48,606 bases of DNA from Myxococcota bacterium (GCA_039208735.1 JBCCQY010000056.1:1-48606), one strand, 5' to 3'. Positions 1 to 10,676 are shown, counted from the first letter of the stretch. A program made the numbers and translations. The notes: generated from the letters alone by a model not told the origin.

Positions 1-1
1 C

Positions 2-499
2 GACGATGCGATCGAGGATGCCCACCGCGAGTCCAGCCACGGTGCTGGCGAGCGACTCCATGGGGCCGCCACCCAGCACCAGGGCTGCGGTCGTCCCCGT
101 GAGGGCGAAGGCGCCCAACGTCGCGGCGGGTGACCAAGGAGGCGGGGCCGACTCGAGCACGTCGAGGGCCTCGGTGGCTTCGTCGACCGAGGCCATGCCC
201 GTCAGCAGAGACTCCGCGATGGCGTCGAGTTCCGCCTGACGTCCCAGGTTTGGGGCACCCGGGGCGATCCTCAAAATCTCGGTGCGCGCCGCATGCTCGG
301 GGCCAACGGCGGCGAAGAGGGCCGTAGGAGTCGAGAAGAGGCGGACCTCCGCTCCGAGCCGAAGCGCGACCAGGTCTGACAAGCCCTCGAGCCGATGCGC
401 AGGAATCCCCGCGCGGTGGAGGGCCGCCGCAAGGCGCAAGACGAGCCGGCTCGCGGCCTCGGGGGAGGGCCGCGGCGGGGCGAGGGACGCTTCGCTCAA
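2..499 (-). CDS. Threonine/serine exporter ThrE family protein, N-terminal part (runs off window start)
   Basis: Not in ORF track. Manual translation of minus strand from TTG 499: ..SRLVLRLAAALHRAGIPAHRLE..RLFSTPTALF..RIAPGAPNLGRQAELDAIAESL..ALDVLESAPPPW..LVLGGG.., the typical ThrE N-terminal pattern. Start uncertain (frame is open further upstream). Confidence 0.8.
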   Translation of the reverse strand, partial: MSEASLAPPRPSPEAASRLVLRLAAALHRAGIPAHRLEGLSDLVALRLGAEVRLFSTPTALFAAVGPEHAARTEILRIAPGAPNLGRQAELDAIAESLLTGMASVDEATEALDVLESAPPPWSPAATLGAFALTGTTAALVLGGGPMESLASTVAGLAVGILDRIV

Positions 500-709
500 G
501 GGATGACTCTTCGCAAGCGGTGAGAGATGCGATCCCGACCAGCCTGAACACTCTGAATCGGACCTCCGATGGCGATTGGCTCGACGTACCGATGGTTCAA
601 CGAAATGACCACGTGTGGACATGCTGCCGGATAGGGTGGCCGGAACATCCGTTGACGTTCACGGTTTGGAGGACACCGGGGTATCCCGTTTCCCCGGTCT
701 GGAGCCTTG

Positions 710-1216
710 ATGTTCAGTCGTCGCGAATTCGTCATGTCCACGTCCGCAGCTGCTCTTTTTGCCCCTGGCCTTGCGCTGGGTGGACAGGCGAGCAACTTCT
801 CTCTTCGCAACCTTTCCGGCCAGAAAGTCGGGCTCGAGGACTTTTCTGACCGGGTCGTATTCCTGTCGTTCTGGGCGACGTGGTGCGGCCCTTGCAAGGT
901 TGAGATGCGGCACCTCCATGGCTTCCATCAGGAGCTGAAGGACAAAGGCCTTACCGTGCTCTTCATCTCCATCGACGATGCGCGGGCCGGCATGGCCGTC
1001 AAGCAGTACGTCCGGAAGAACCGGTACCAGGAGGACCTCTTCCTCCTCGACCCCCAGTCCACGGCGGTCGGCCTCTACAATCCCAAGAAGACGGTTCCGT
1101 TCAGCGTGTTGATCGGGCGTAATCGTGAGGTTGTCAAGGTTTGGGAAGGGTTTAACCCCGGAGAAGAGAAGGAGGTCAAGTCGGTCATCGAAGGGGAATT
1201 GGCCAAAGCTTCGTGA
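710..1216 (+). CDS. TlpA/ResA-family thiol:disulfide oxidoreductase with Tat-like signal
   Basis: FWATWCGPC active site, cis-Pro motif TVP, N-terminal SRREFV twin-arginine signal, GGAG SD at 701-704. Confidence 0.9.
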   Translation: MFSRREFVMSTSAAALFAPGLALGGQASNFSLRNLSGQKVGLEDFSDRVVFLSFWATWCGPCKVEMRHLHGFHQELKDKGLTVLFISIDDARAGMAVKQYVRKNRYQEDLFLLDPQSTAVGLYNPKKTVPFSVLIGRNREVVKVWEGFNPGEEKEVKSVIEGELAKAS

Positions 1217-1241
1217 AACTTCACAGGGTCCCGCATCGCCA

Positions 1242-2858
1242 TCACGGGCTCGTTCGGATCGTACACCGGAGCCGCTCCATCGGGGTTGGCTCGCTCACGA
1301 CGTAGCCCAACGCCGCCAACATGCGTTGTTCCGCGGCGTCTTGTCGGTTGGCGCCGCGACCGTCGGCTTCGGTCCGTAAACCAGGGTCGTAGGGCGTCAG
1401 GCCGTCCTCCCAAGCGTGGAGGGCCTCGACTAAGGCCTCACGCTTGCGAACCGCAACCTTGCCAAGATCTCGACGTTCGTTCGGATCCCGGCCGAGGTGG
1501 AAGAGTTCACGTCGACCTGACGACCCATACAGCAGCTTGAGATCGCCTTCGAACGCTGCGCAATACGTCTCGGCGTACGGCGCGAAGTCCACGTACGGGT
1601 AGGCTTCGCGCATGGCCGCGAGTTGACTGACAAACGGGTCCAGGAGTTGAGCGTAGATCCGTTCGTCATCAGGCTCGATGAACCAGGAGGGCGCCTGCGT
1701 CGCCTCGGGGACAGGAAGGCCCACCCGGTCAAGTACGGTGGCGAACAGGCCCGCTGTACTCACCCGCTCGGAGATTCGACGGCCCGGCTGGCCCGGATCC
1801 CACACCACGAGAGGGACGTGGAGGAGCGGTTGGTGGAGCGACCAGCGGTGCTCCAAGCGTTGGTGCTCTCCTAAGTGCTCGCCATGGTCCGCAAGCAAGA
1901 TGACCAAGGTGTGGTCCAGGTCTCCAGCCCGATCCAATGCCTTGAAGAGGGCCTCGGTCGCATCGTCGAGGTCGACCAACGTAGCGTCGTACACGCCACG
2001 AATCGCCGCCCACTCCGCCTTGGTGTAGCGCCGTTGGCCAATGATGTATTCGTTGGCCGCGAACAGGGATTGGTCGACCTGAAGGGCCCGCGCTCGGACG
2101 CGAGGGGGCATCACTTGGGCCCGTGCCTTGGCCGAAGGCACGCGCGGAGAGTGGGCTTCCATCAGGTTGAGGTAGGCAAACCAGGGCTGCCGGGGGTTGG
2201 GCCGTTCCGAAAGCCACTCCAGCAGCCCCTGTGCGATGACCGGGGCTGCGTCTTTGTGGACGGCGCGGCCCCACCGCTCCCGGTCATCCCCCATGAATGA
2301 CGGTGAGATTTCGGTGCTCTCGTCGTTCGCGAGGAGCTTGGCCTCGGTGGCCTCTCGGCTCGCCCGGACGTATCGACCTCGCTTCACGCCCTGGCGGGGG
2401 TAGGTCGTGTGCACCGTCTCAAAGCCCTGCAGCAGGTTGGTGAGCGGGCTTGCGACCAGGTTGCTGGTGAAGGCAAACGTGTCGTAGCCGGCCTCTCCGA
2501 GGTGCTCGGCAAGGGTGGTGTGGTGGTGGTCGAGCCAACGGTACGACGCCACCGCGCCATGCGTCGTGGCGAATTGGCCCGTGAACATCGACGCATGTGT
2601 GGGCAGGGTCCACATTGCGGGTGCGGTGGCTTGCTCGAAGACCAAGGCGGTTTCGGCCCGTACATCGAGTTTTGGCGTGGTGGGGACGTCGTGGCCATAC
2701 AGCGAGAGTCGATCCGCACGCACCGTGTCCCAGACGATCACCAGCACGTTTAGACGATCCGGGTGCGGATCGCGTCGGAGGGCCCAAAGGCTCACGCCGA
2801 CTGCGCCGATCACAGCCGCCAACGTCAGCCCCACGGCCAAGCGGGATCGCAGCATCAT
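1242..2858 (-). CDS. Membrane-anchored sulfatase-like / alkaline phosphatase superfamily hydrolase
   Basis: NVLVIVWDTVRAD, WTLPTHASMFTG, EAHSP, ADHGE, HVPL motifs; C-terminal LAALGY; N-terminal TM anchor. Confidence 0.85.
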   Translation of the reverse strand: MMLRSRLAVGLTLAAVIGAVGVSLWALRRDPHPDRLNVLVIVWDTVRADRLSLYGHDVPTTPKLDVRAETALVFEQATAPAMWTLPTHASMFTGQFATTHGAVASYRWLDHHHTTLAEHLGEAGYDTFAFTSNLVASPLTNLLQGFETVHTTYPRQGVKRGRYVRASREATEAKLLANDESTEISPSFMGDDRERWGRAVHKDAAPVIAQGLLEWLSERPNPRQPWFAYLNLMEAHSPRVPSAKARAQVMPPRVRARALQVDQSLFAANEYIIGQRRYTKAEWAAIRGVYDATLVDLDDATEALFKALDRAGDLDHTLVILLADHGEHLGEHQRLEHRWSLHQPLLHVPLVVWDPGQPGRRISERVSTAGLFATVLDRVGLPVPEATQAPSWFIEPDDERIYAQLLDPFVSQLAAMREAYPYVDFAPYAETYCAAFEGDLKLLYGSSGRRELFHLGRDPNERRDLGKVAVRKREALVEALHAWEDGLTPYDPGLRTEADGRGANRQDAAEQRMLAALGYVVSEPTPMERLRCTIRTSP

Positions 2859-2915
2859 GTTCACTGCGTAGCCGACGATGCCCCGGTAGGCCCTTGGCCG
2901 GATACCGGAGGGCTC

Positions 2916-5060
2916 GTGGATCACGACGACACCCCGCAGCCTGCACGCTTCGGAAGCTTTGCCGGCGTCTATCGTCCTGTCGTGCTCACCGTGCTGGGCG
3001 CGATGCTCTACCTTCGGGAGGGCTGGCTGGTGGGCACGGCGGGTCTTGGCGGAGCATTGCTCGTGATTGGCGCTGCCTATCTGGTGACCGGCACAACGGC
3101 GCTCTCGGTCTCAAGCATCGCGACCAACCTTCGTCTGAAGGCGGGCGGAGCGTTTGCCGTCATCGCGGCGGCCTTGGGGCTGGAGGCCGGTGGGGCCATT
3201 GGCGTTCCGCTCTACTTCGCCCAGACGATCAGCTCGGTGATGTACCTCTACGCCTTTTCGGAGGGCTGGGGCTATCTGTTCCCCGAACACTCCCCGGTGA
3301 TCGTGGTGTTGATCGCGTTTGCCGGCGTGGGATTGACCGCCCTGGTTTCTGCGAGGCTCGCGTCACAGGCCCAAGCCTTTATGTTGTTTGTGGTCATTGG
3401 GGCGATTGCGAGTGCGTTCTCGGGTGCCTTTGGGGCGCCCGTCCAGCCTGTGCAGGCGCTCGGCGCATTCGAAGAGGCTTCTCTCGTCGAGTGCTTCGCG
3501 CTGTTCTTTCCTGCCGCAACGGGCATCATGGTCGGGGCAGGGATGAGCGGTGATCTGGCCGACCCCAGTCGCTCGGTACCGCGTGGCACGATGTATGCGT
3601 GGGCGACGACCCTGGTCGTCTACGTGTTCGGGGCCTTCTGGTACGCCCTCGTCGTCCCGCAGCCCGAGCTGCTTGGCAACAAGCTCGCCATGGTGGAGCA
3701 CGCGCTCATCGGCGAGTTCGTGCTGTTCGGGTTGTTGGCCAGCACCCTGATGGCGGCGTTGTCGAGCCTCGTGGCGGCGCCGCGCTTGCTCCAGGCCATG
3801 GCCGAGCACCACGTCGTGCCCTTTTCGTCCTGGGTCGCCCAGCAGAACGGCTCGGCTGAGCCCCGCAACGCCACCCTCGTGACTCTGACGCTTTCGGGAT
3901 TGGCGCTGTTTGCAGGGTCGCTCGACGCCATCGCACCAATCATCACGAGCTTCTTCGTGATGACCTACTTCGCCATCAATGTGGTGGTGCTGCTCGAACA
4001 GACATTGGGCCTGGTGAGTTGGCGGCCCATGTTCCGCATCCCAACCGTTATCCCTGCGCTTGGGGCCGGGGTGTGCGGCTTGGCGCTGACGTTGTCGAGT
4101 CCTGCGGGGGGGCTTCCCGAGGTGGCCTTCGTCGTGGGTCTGTACGTCTGGCTCGTGCGCCGGACCCAGGTCGACACCCCCTGGGAGACTGTGCAGTCAG
4201 GGATTGCCCAGGCGCTAGCCACGTGGGCCGCAACCACTGCCCAGGCGATGGGACGCACCGAACGGACGTGGAAACCCGACCTGTTGCTTCCCGTTGCGTC
4301 GGTGGCCGAGGCGCGCGCCATGGGCCCGGTGGCCGAAGCCATCGTGACCTTTCAAGGGAGCGTGCGACTCGTGGGGTTGGTCGATGACCCAGACCTCGCG
4401 GTGGAGCTTGAAGACCTCGCGATGCGACTCCGGATGCGGGGGTTGTACGCCACGTGGCATTTGATGCCGGAGGCGCGGCTGGCCCAAGGGGCTCAGCTGG
4501 CCATCAACGCCATGCACGGCACGGTGTTCGCGCCAAACCTCTTGCTGTTGTCCGCGCGCTTTCAGGCCCCCGCGGTCGTGCACGCGCTCGTCGACCACGC
4601 CCGCCACCATCAAATGGGTGTGATCCTCGCCTACGACGAACCCGAGCGGCCCATGCGACCCTCGCGCCAGGCCACGGTGTGGCTTTCGGATCGTTCGCCA
4701 GATTTCCGGCTCACGCTTCATGTGGCCAACCTCGACCTGCCCGTCCTGCTCGCCTACGTGCTGACCCGTCCGGTGGGGGGGCGAGTGCGCTTGACCACAG
4801 TGATTCGTCAACACCGCTTTCTCGGCGCGGCCCAGACGTTTCTGGAAGATCTCATCCAGCTGGGCCGGCTCCCCGACACAACCCCCCACGTGCTCGGGGG
4901 AACCTTGCTCGAACGACTCGCTGATGCACCGCCCACCGACGTTCACCTGTTTGGGCTGTCCGATTCGGTCGACCTCGATTGGGTCAAGAAGGTGCAGGCT
5001 ACAACAGGCGGAGCTTGCCTCTTCGTCATGGACTCGGGTCAGGAGTCTGCGCTGGCCTAG
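2916..5060 (+). CDS. Cation-chloride cotransporter (SLC12-like) / amino acid permease family protein
   Basis: GVYRPVVLTVLGAMLYLREGWLVG and FFPAATGIMVGAGMSGDL motifs, about 12 TM segments plus soluble C-terminal domain; GTG start after GGAGG. Confidence 0.85.
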   Translation: MDHDDTPQPARFGSFAGVYRPVVLTVLGAMLYLREGWLVGTAGLGGALLVIGAAYLVTGTTALSVSSIATNLRLKAGGAFAVIAAALGLEAGGAIGVPLYFAQTISSVMYLYAFSEGWGYLFPEHSPVIVVLIAFAGVGLTALVSARLASQAQAFMLFVVIGAIASAFSGAFGAPVQPVQALGAFEEASLVECFALFFPAATGIMVGAGMSGDLADPSRSVPRGTMYAWATTLVVYVFGAFWYALVVPQPELLGNKLAMVEHALIGEFVLFGLLASTLMAALSSLVAAPRLLQAMAEHHVVPFSSWVAQQNGSAEPRNATLVTLTLSGLALFAGSLDAIAPIITSFFVMTYFAINVVVLLEQTLGLVSWRPMFRIPTVIPALGAGVCGLALTLSSPAGGLPEVAFVVGLYVWLVRRTQVDTPWETVQSGIAQALATWAATTAQAMGRTERTWKPDLLLPVASVAEARAMGPVAEAIVTFQGSVRLVGLVDDPDLAVELEDLAMRLRMRGLYATWHLMPEARLAQGAQLAINAMHGTVFAPNLLLLSARFQAPAVVHALVDHARHHQMGVILAYDEPERPMRPSRQATVWLSDRSPDFRLTLHVANLDLPVLLAYVLTRPVGGRVRLTTVIRQHRFLGAAQTFLEDLIQLGRLPDTTPHVLGGTLLERLADAPPTDVHLFGLSDSVDLDWVKKVQATTGGACLFVMDSGQESALA

Positions 5061-5625
5061 ACGAGCCGGCCATCGCGAGGATCCAAGTCGTGAACGCAAC
5101 CGGTGGGCCTTCGGTCTTGCGTTCCTCCCGGATCTCGAATCCCTCGGCCGTGAGCGCATCGAGGAAGGCCTGCTTAGCGGCGTCGGGGTAGGGCAGATCG
5201 CCGTCTTTGACCACGACGAACCGGCCCATGGGGGCGAGAACCCGACGAACCTCGGCAAGGCCGGCTCGTTGATGGGCTCCCCAATGATCGAACGAGTCGA
5301 AGGCAAGCACGACGTCCATGGTCGAGGTCTCGATGGGCAATGCATGAGCCGGGGCCACGTGAAACGCGATGCGGGAGGCAGCGGGATGGCCTTCGAGGCG
5401 TTCCTTGGCGATTTCCACCATCCGAGGCACGGGATCCACGCCAATCAGGACTCCCGACGTGACCTTGGCGGAGGCCTGACGCAGGGCTGAGCCCGTGCCA
5501 CAGCCAACGTCGAGCACGTGGGCGGTCGAAGTCAGGTCCAGGGCATCGATGGCCAGCTGGTTGGTTGCGTGCTCGCCGTACCTGGCTGCGTACCATTCCG
5601 CAGTTTCTGCCGTCCACTCCGTCAT
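5026..5625 (-). CDS. Class I SAM-dependent methyltransferase
   Basis: VLDVGCGTG motif I, GVDP, EVRRVLAPMGRF. Confidence 0.9.
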   Translation of the reverse strand: MTEWTAETAEWYAARYGEHATNQLAIDALDLTSTAHVLDVGCGTGSALRQASAKVTSGVLIGVDPVPRMVEIAKERLEGHPAASRIAFHVAPAHALPIETSTMDVVLAFDSFDHWGAHQRAGLAEVRRVLAPMGRFVVVKDGDLPYPDAAKQAFLDALTAEGFEIREERKTEGPPVAFTTWILAMAGSSRPAQTPDPSP

Positions 5626-5724
5626 GGGCCCTCCCGCCAACCTGCCGCACTCCAAGCCAGGCCAGCCACCATTGCGAGTACTGCTCTCACTTCAACCCCC
5701 GGACAATTCGATACGCCGTGGCCC

Positions 5725-7200
5725 ATGCCGATTCCCGCACTACGCTGTCTGCCGAGGAATGACCAGCCGATCCGACCAGAACGATGCTTCGTCCTGTATT
5801 GGATGGTCACCGCCCGTCGAACCCGGAGTCACTACGGGCTGCAACATGCGCTCGATTTGGCGCGGTCCCACCGAAAACCGCTTGTCGTGCTGGAGGCCAT
5901 TCGCAGCGACTATCGCTGGGTCTCGGAACGCTTTCAGCGGTTTGCGGTCGAAGGAATGGTCGACAATGCGGCGGCCTTTTCCGCGGCAGGGGTGCGCTAC
6001 CACGCCTACGTCGAGCCCACGCCGGGTGCATCGAAGGGGCTTCTCGAGGCGCTCGCGGCGCAAGCGGTGGCGGTGGTGACCGACCACTATCCCTGCGGGT
6101 TCTTTCCCCGCATGGTCGAAGTGGCAGGGCAAAAGCTCGACGTTCAGCTCGAGGCTGTGGATTCGAACGGGCTCTATCCCTTGGCCCATGCCCCAAAGAC
6201 GTTTTCCACCGCCGCGAGCTTTCGGCGTCACCTACAAAAGACGTTGGCGCCCTTCCTCGAACAACCTCCTGTCGAGAATCCTCTTGCGGACTATGATCTC
6301 GGAATGGCCGAGGTCCCCGATGACGTGCAACGTCGGTGGCCGCACGCACAACGTCTCTTGGAGGACCCAGCCCGGGTTTCGACGTTGGGCCTCCCGTCAC
6401 CAGGACCCGTGGCCGTGCGGGGGGGAGCCAAGACGGCGCAGGGGATTCTCGACCGCTTCATCGACCAACGACTGGTGAACTACGGAGAGCGGAACCATCC
6501 AGATCGCGAGGGTGCAAGCGGGCTTTCCCCGTGGCTCCATTGGGGGCATCTCGGGGCATGGGAACTTGTGAAACGGGTGTTCGATCGCGAATCTTGGACG
6601 CCGGATCAGCTGGGGCCCGTCACGGGCTCTCGTCAGGGGTGGTGGGGGCTATCGGAGCCGGCCGAGGGCTTTCTCGACGAGATCATCACCTGGCGTGAAC
6701 TCGGCCATGTGTTCTGCCACCGAGAACCTCATTTCGACCGGTTCGAGACCCTGCCGGCATGGGCCCAGAAGACCCTCGAGGAGCACCGTGGTGATCCGCG
6801 ACCCGAGGTCTACACCGACGAACAGCTGGCCTTTGCGCGGACCGGTGACGAGATTTGGAATGCCGCCCAACGTGAACTTGTGCACGACGGACGGGTGCAG
6901 AACTACTTGCGGATGCTCTGGGGCAAGAAGGTCTTGCAGTGGTCCGCGCATCCCGAACAGGCCTGGGAACGCCTGATCGACCTCAACAATCGGTATGCCC
7001 TCGATGGTCGGGACCCGAACTCCTACAGTGGGATTGCTTGGGTCTTCGGGCGCTTTGACCGAGCGTGGGGTCCTGAACGACCCATCTTCGGCAAGGTTCG
7101 CTACATGACGTCGGATAGCACGCGCCGCAAGCTCAAACTGAAGGGCTACTTGGTGCGCTACGGCGACGAGAGCGAACTGGCGGATCTGGCCGGGAAATGA
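5725..7200 (+). CDS. Deoxyribodipyrimidine photolyase (class II CPD photolyase-like)
   Basis: VLYWM..RR, SGLSPWLHWGH, FLDEIITWREL, WNAAQREL..G..NYLRMLWGKK, LDGRDPNSY..W, ERPIFGKVRYM. Confidence 0.9.
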   Translation: MPIPALRCLPRNDQPIRPERCFVLYWMVTARRTRSHYGLQHALDLARSHRKPLVVLEAIRSDYRWVSERFQRFAVEGMVDNAAAFSAAGVRYHAYVEPTPGASKGLLEALAAQAVAVVTDHYPCGFFPRMVEVAGQKLDVQLEAVDSNGLYPLAHAPKTFSTAASFRRHLQKTLAPFLEQPPVENPLADYDLGMAEVPDDVQRRWPHAQRLLEDPARVSTLGLPSPGPVAVRGGAKTAQGILDRFIDQRLVNYGERNHPDREGASGLSPWLHWGHLGAWELVKRVFDRESWTPDQLGPVTGSRQGWWGLSEPAEGFLDEIITWRELGHVFCHREPHFDRFETLPAWAQKTLEEHRGDPRPEVYTDEQLAFARTGDEIWNAAQRELVHDGRVQNYLRMLWGKKVLQWSAHPEQAWERLIDLNNRYALDGRDPNSYSGIAWVFGRFDRAWGPERPIFGKVRYMTSDSTRRKLKLKGYLVRYGDESELADLAGK

Positions 7201-7209
7201 GGTGACCGT

Positions 7210-8121
7210 ATGATGACTGCGCAACGAAGCGGCTCGATTTTCGGGCTGTTGCAGTGGCAGATCCGCAATGTGATTTTCTACGTGGCCGCGGGCACTGCGG
7301 CGGTGGGACTCTACGAGTTGGGCAAGGCCTACGGGGTGGAAATCACCGTCCCTGTGCTTCCCCTATCGATCGTCGGCGGTGCGCTGGGTATTTTCGTCAG
7401 CTTCCGCTCAAACGCGGCCTATGATCGATGGTGGGAAGGGCGAAAGCTTTGGGGGCGCCTCATCAACACGTCGCGCCATTGGGCGAGCCAGGTCGCGCAG
7501 TATGTGCGGGATCCGCAAAAGCGCGAGGAGATGATCAAGCGGCACATCGCCTATGTGCACACGCTTCGATGCGCGTTGCGGGTGCAGGATCCGCTCAAGG
7601 ACCCGGATTGCCAGGCGTGGCTCACCGACGTCGAGAAAGAAGAGCTGCCCGACCAGTCGAATCCCACACACTACCTCCTCAATCGGCAGCTGCACGATGC
7701 CACGGCACTCGCGGACGCCGAGCAGCTCGATCCCTTCCGGTTGCAGTCGATGGACGAATCGGTCCGCCACTTGCTCGACATCCAAGGGGGGTGTGAACGC
7801 ATCAAGAAGACGCCGATCCCACGAGGGTTCGCCTACATTGCCGAGATTCTGATCCAGTACTTCAGCTTTCTGTTCCCGCTGGCGATTGTGGCGCATCTGT
7901 CGCTTTGGGTCGTGCCCATCAATGTGCTCGTCTGTCTCGCCCTCATGCTCATCAACGAGGCGGGCCGGGTGCTCGAAGATCCGTTCACGATGTTCTGGAA
8001 CGGCTTGCCTCTGTCGAACATGTCGTGGACCATCGAACACAACTTGCGCAATCGCCTGGGTGAGCCGGAGCGCTCCCTCAATCCAATCCCCGGACCCGAC
8101 GAGAACGGCATCCTCATGTGA
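7210..8121 (+). CDS. Bestrophin-family ion channel (YneE-like)
   Basis: FRSNAAYDRWWEGRKLWG, GGCERIKKTPIP, LEDPF motifs. Confidence 0.92.
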   Translation: MMTAQRSGSIFGLLQWQIRNVIFYVAAGTAAVGLYELGKAYGVEITVPVLPLSIVGGALGIFVSFRSNAAYDRWWEGRKLWGRLINTSRHWASQVAQYVRDPQKREEMIKRHIAYVHTLRCALRVQDPLKDPDCQAWLTDVEKEELPDQSNPTHYLLNRQLHDATALADAEQLDPFRLQSMDESVRHLLDIQGGCERIKKTPIPRGFAYIAEILIQYFSFLFPLAIVAHLSLWVVPINVLVCLALMLINEAGRVLEDPFTMFWNGLPLSNMSWTIEHNLRNRLGEPERSLNPIPGPDENGILM

Positions 8122-8160
8122 GTTAGAACGTGGCCGTCCTGGAACGGTGAGGTCGTGGCC

Positions 8161-9435
8161 ATGTGGTGGGGATTGGTGGCGCTCGCCAGCGCTGCGAGCC
8201 TGAAGAAGGAAGTCAAGGACGAACTCACCCACCCGACCCTCTACGGGGCGGTGCTTTCGGTTCGGGTCGATGACGAGCGAGGCAAGACCTTGTTTGAGCG
8301 GGGCTCTGAGCAGCGCCTCGTTCCCGCCTCGACCATGAAGTGGCTCACCGCGATTGCCGCGGCAGATCGACTCGGTCTCGACGACACCTTTGTGACCACG
8401 GTTCAAGTGTCGGGTGAGGTCGTGGGTGACACGCTGTACGGCGATATCTACTTCGTGGGCGATGGCGATCCATCGCTCGGCGAGGAAGACCCCACCGAGG
8501 TTCTCGATGAAATCGAGCGCATCTTCGCAGAAACCGGCATTCGTCGCATCAAGGGGGGCGTCGTTGTCGACAGCACCATCATCGCCGACCCGTTGTTGGG
8601 CCAAGGCTGGATGTGGGACGACATGCGGTTTGGGTTTTCAGCGCCGTTTGCGGGGCTGAACCTGGGTCACAACTTGGGGCACCGCGCGTTCGATGCGGAG
8701 TCCTGCGCCACGGTCGACGACAAGCGCAATGCTCCGCTCCTCGACCCTGTGACCTGCTTTGCCGATGTGCTTGATGCGCGCTTCGAGACCATGGGCATTC
8801 GAAGAAGCCAAGAGCCGCGGGTCGGACGGGCGCCCAACGATGCCACCGAGTTCGTGCGTTTCGAGAGCGAGCCGCTGCGCGAGCTCGTCAATCGCATGCT
8901 CCTCGACAGCGACAATCTCTACGCCGAATGCATCGCCCGGGCCATCGACGCCGATGGCACGCAGAGCCTCAAAGGGGCCCGTGAGGTCGTCGATGAGCTG
9001 TTTGCTCGAGCGGACCTCTCCCCCTCGTTCCTGCGCCTGGCGGATGGTTCAGGGCTTTCTCGGTATTCTCTTCTTTCGGCCGATACTCTCGTCGAACTCA
9101 CCGCGTGGGCCGTCGAAGAGCCCTGGGGACGGGAACTTCGGGACCTTCTGCCCGTCGCGGGCGTTTCGGGGACCCTCGAGAATCGCGGAGTCGGAACGCC
9201 TGCCGAAGGCCGGGTTTGGGCCAAGACAGGCTCGATGTCGGGGGTCCGCAACATCGTGGGCGTCGTGCAGGACGCCAAGGGCCGAAGCCTGCGCTTCGCG
9301 ATGCTGTTCAACGGGGTGGCGGCCCAGCGCGCGGCGCTCGAGGTCCAAGACCGGATCCTCACCTTGTTGTCCATTTCCCGCCGCCGACGAATTCGGAAGG
9401 CCGATCTCGAAGAAGCGTTTCCGAACGAGGAGTGA
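8161..9435 (+). CDS. dacB: D-Ala-D-Ala carboxypeptidase/endopeptidase (PBP4, peptidase S13)
   Basis: PASTMK (SxxK), GDGDP, SDN, DGSGLSR, AKTGS; ATG 8161 preceded by GAGGT. Confidence 0.92.
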   Translation: MWWGLVALASAASLKKEVKDELTHPTLYGAVLSVRVDDERGKTLFERGSEQRLVPASTMKWLTAIAAADRLGLDDTFVTTVQVSGEVVGDTLYGDIYFVGDGDPSLGEEDPTEVLDEIERIFAETGIRRIKGGVVVDSTIIADPLLGQGWMWDDMRFGFSAPFAGLNLGHNLGHRAFDAESCATVDDKRNAPLLDPVTCFADVLDARFETMGIRRSQEPRVGRAPNDATEFVRFESEPLRELVNRMLLDSDNLYAECIARAIDADGTQSLKGAREVVDELFARADLSPSFLRLADGSGLSRYSLLSADTLVELTAWAVEEPWGRELRDLLPVAGVSGTLENRGVGTPAEGRVWAKTGSMSGVRNIVGVVQDAKGRSLRFAMLFNGVAAQRAALEVQDRILTLLSISRRRRIRKADLEEAFPNEE

Positions 9436-9476
9436 CCCGGTTACGCCGCCCACCAATGACCAATGTGGAGGTCGAC

Positions 9477-9896
9477 GTGGCCATCGAGCACACCCTGTCC
9501 ATCATCAAGCCCGACGCCGTGAAGAAGAACCTGATCGGCAAGATTGTGGCCCGCTTTGAAGAAGAGGGCCTGCGCATCGCCGCGATGCGAAAGATCCATC
9601 TGTCCAAGCCCCAAGCCGAAGGCTTTTACGCGGTGCACCGCGAGCGTCCGTTCTTCGGTGAACTCACAGACTTCATGTGCAGCGCCCCCTGTGTTGTGAT
9701 GGTCCTTGAGGGTGACAACGCGATCAAGAAGAACCGCGAGATCATGGGGGCGACGAACCCCTCCGAAGCCGCCGAAGGCACACTGCGCAAGCTGTATGCT
9801 GACAGCGTCGGTGAGAATGCGGTTCACGGTTCCGACAGCCCCGAGAACGCGGCCATCGAGATCGCGTACTTCTTCCGCTCCACCGAGCTGCACTAA
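9477..9896 (+). CDS. ndk: Nucleoside diphosphate kinase
   Basis: [37 protein letters not shown] start after GGAGG gives the canonical 139 aa. Confidence 0.98.
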   Translation: MAIEHTLSIIKPDAVKKNLIGKIVARFEEEGLRIAAMRKIHLSKPQAEGFYAVHRERPFFGELTDFMCSAPCVVMVLEGDNAIKKNREIMGATNPSEAAEGTLRKLYADSVGENAVHGSDSPENAAIEIAYFFRSTELH

Positions 9897-9899
9897 GCG

Positions 9900-10676
9900 G
9901 TGCCCTCCGCCCACCATCTTTCCCTTTCGTTGTCCCGCGAGCTGTGGAATGAGCTGCTGGGAGCTGCACTCCCGGTGCGGATTGCCGGACAGCCGATCGA
10001 CCTCACGCGGCAAGTCAGGGAAGTGGTGGGTCGGCTCAGGGTTCGGGAACGGGTCCGAGGGCTCATCCAAGACCAGCGGTCCCCCGAGGTGCTGCGTCGG
10101 GTTCGTGAGCTGTGGCACGCCCGCCGAGACGAGCTGTTCGACCGCATCGATGAGGTCGTGCGCATCGAGGGGGAATGGCAGATCGAACTCGATGCGTTTG
10201 GCACCGAGTTGGCCTACGGCCAGCAGAAGGTAAAGGCAGACGCCTACGTTCGCGCAGTGCTCGAAGGGTCGATCCACCTGATTGGCGACAATGTGGCCGT
10301 TCCCTTCCGGCTGGAGCGTCGGCTTGGGGCTTCGGTGGCCCTCGGAAACATTCACTACGATCCTTCGCATCAGGCCGTGGTGGGTCGGCTGCAGGACTTC
10401 ACCCTGGACTTGTCCGAAGACAACGCGCTATTGCAGGTGCTCGCACGTGGGATGGGGCTCCTACTCGACCAGCAGCTTCCGCGCACGCAGCCCGTGACGA
10501 TATTGAGGCGAGGGCAAGTGGAAGAAATGGTAGGTCCCATGGGGGGCTCCCTCCAGATGCGACTCGGCGTTGACGACCTTGACCTGGTGGTGGATGAAGG
10601 TCAGATGACCCTCAAGGTTCGCTTCGGATTTGTGCGAGATGGAGAATCGAGCACCGAGTTGGAACCACGGCAATAG
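9900..10676 (+). CDS. Hypothetical protein
   Basis: 258-aa ORF abutting ndk (3 nt gap), globular composition, no recognised motif. Confidence 0.75.
   Translation: MPSAHHLSLSLSRELWNELLGAALPVRIAGQPIDLTRQVREVVGRLRVRERVRGLIQDQRSPEVLRRVRELWHARRDELFDRIDEVVRIEGEWQIELDAFGTELAYGQQKVKADAYVRAVLEGSIHLIGDNVAVPFRLERRLGASVALGNIHYDPSHQAVVGRLQDFTLDLSEDNALLQVLARGMGLLLDQQLPRTQPVTILRRGQVEEMVGPMGGSLQMRLGVDDLDLVVDEGQMTLKVRFGFVRDGESSTELEPRQ

Noticed and set aside
675..698. ACCGGGG/CCCCGGT hairpin just before the TlpA SD
   Set aside because: 7-bp GC stem is expected by chance; it does not cover the SD and no riboswitch consensus was recognised
868..897. Selenocysteine in the TlpA active site
   Set aside because: Both residues are TGC Cys (WCGPC); no in-frame TGA
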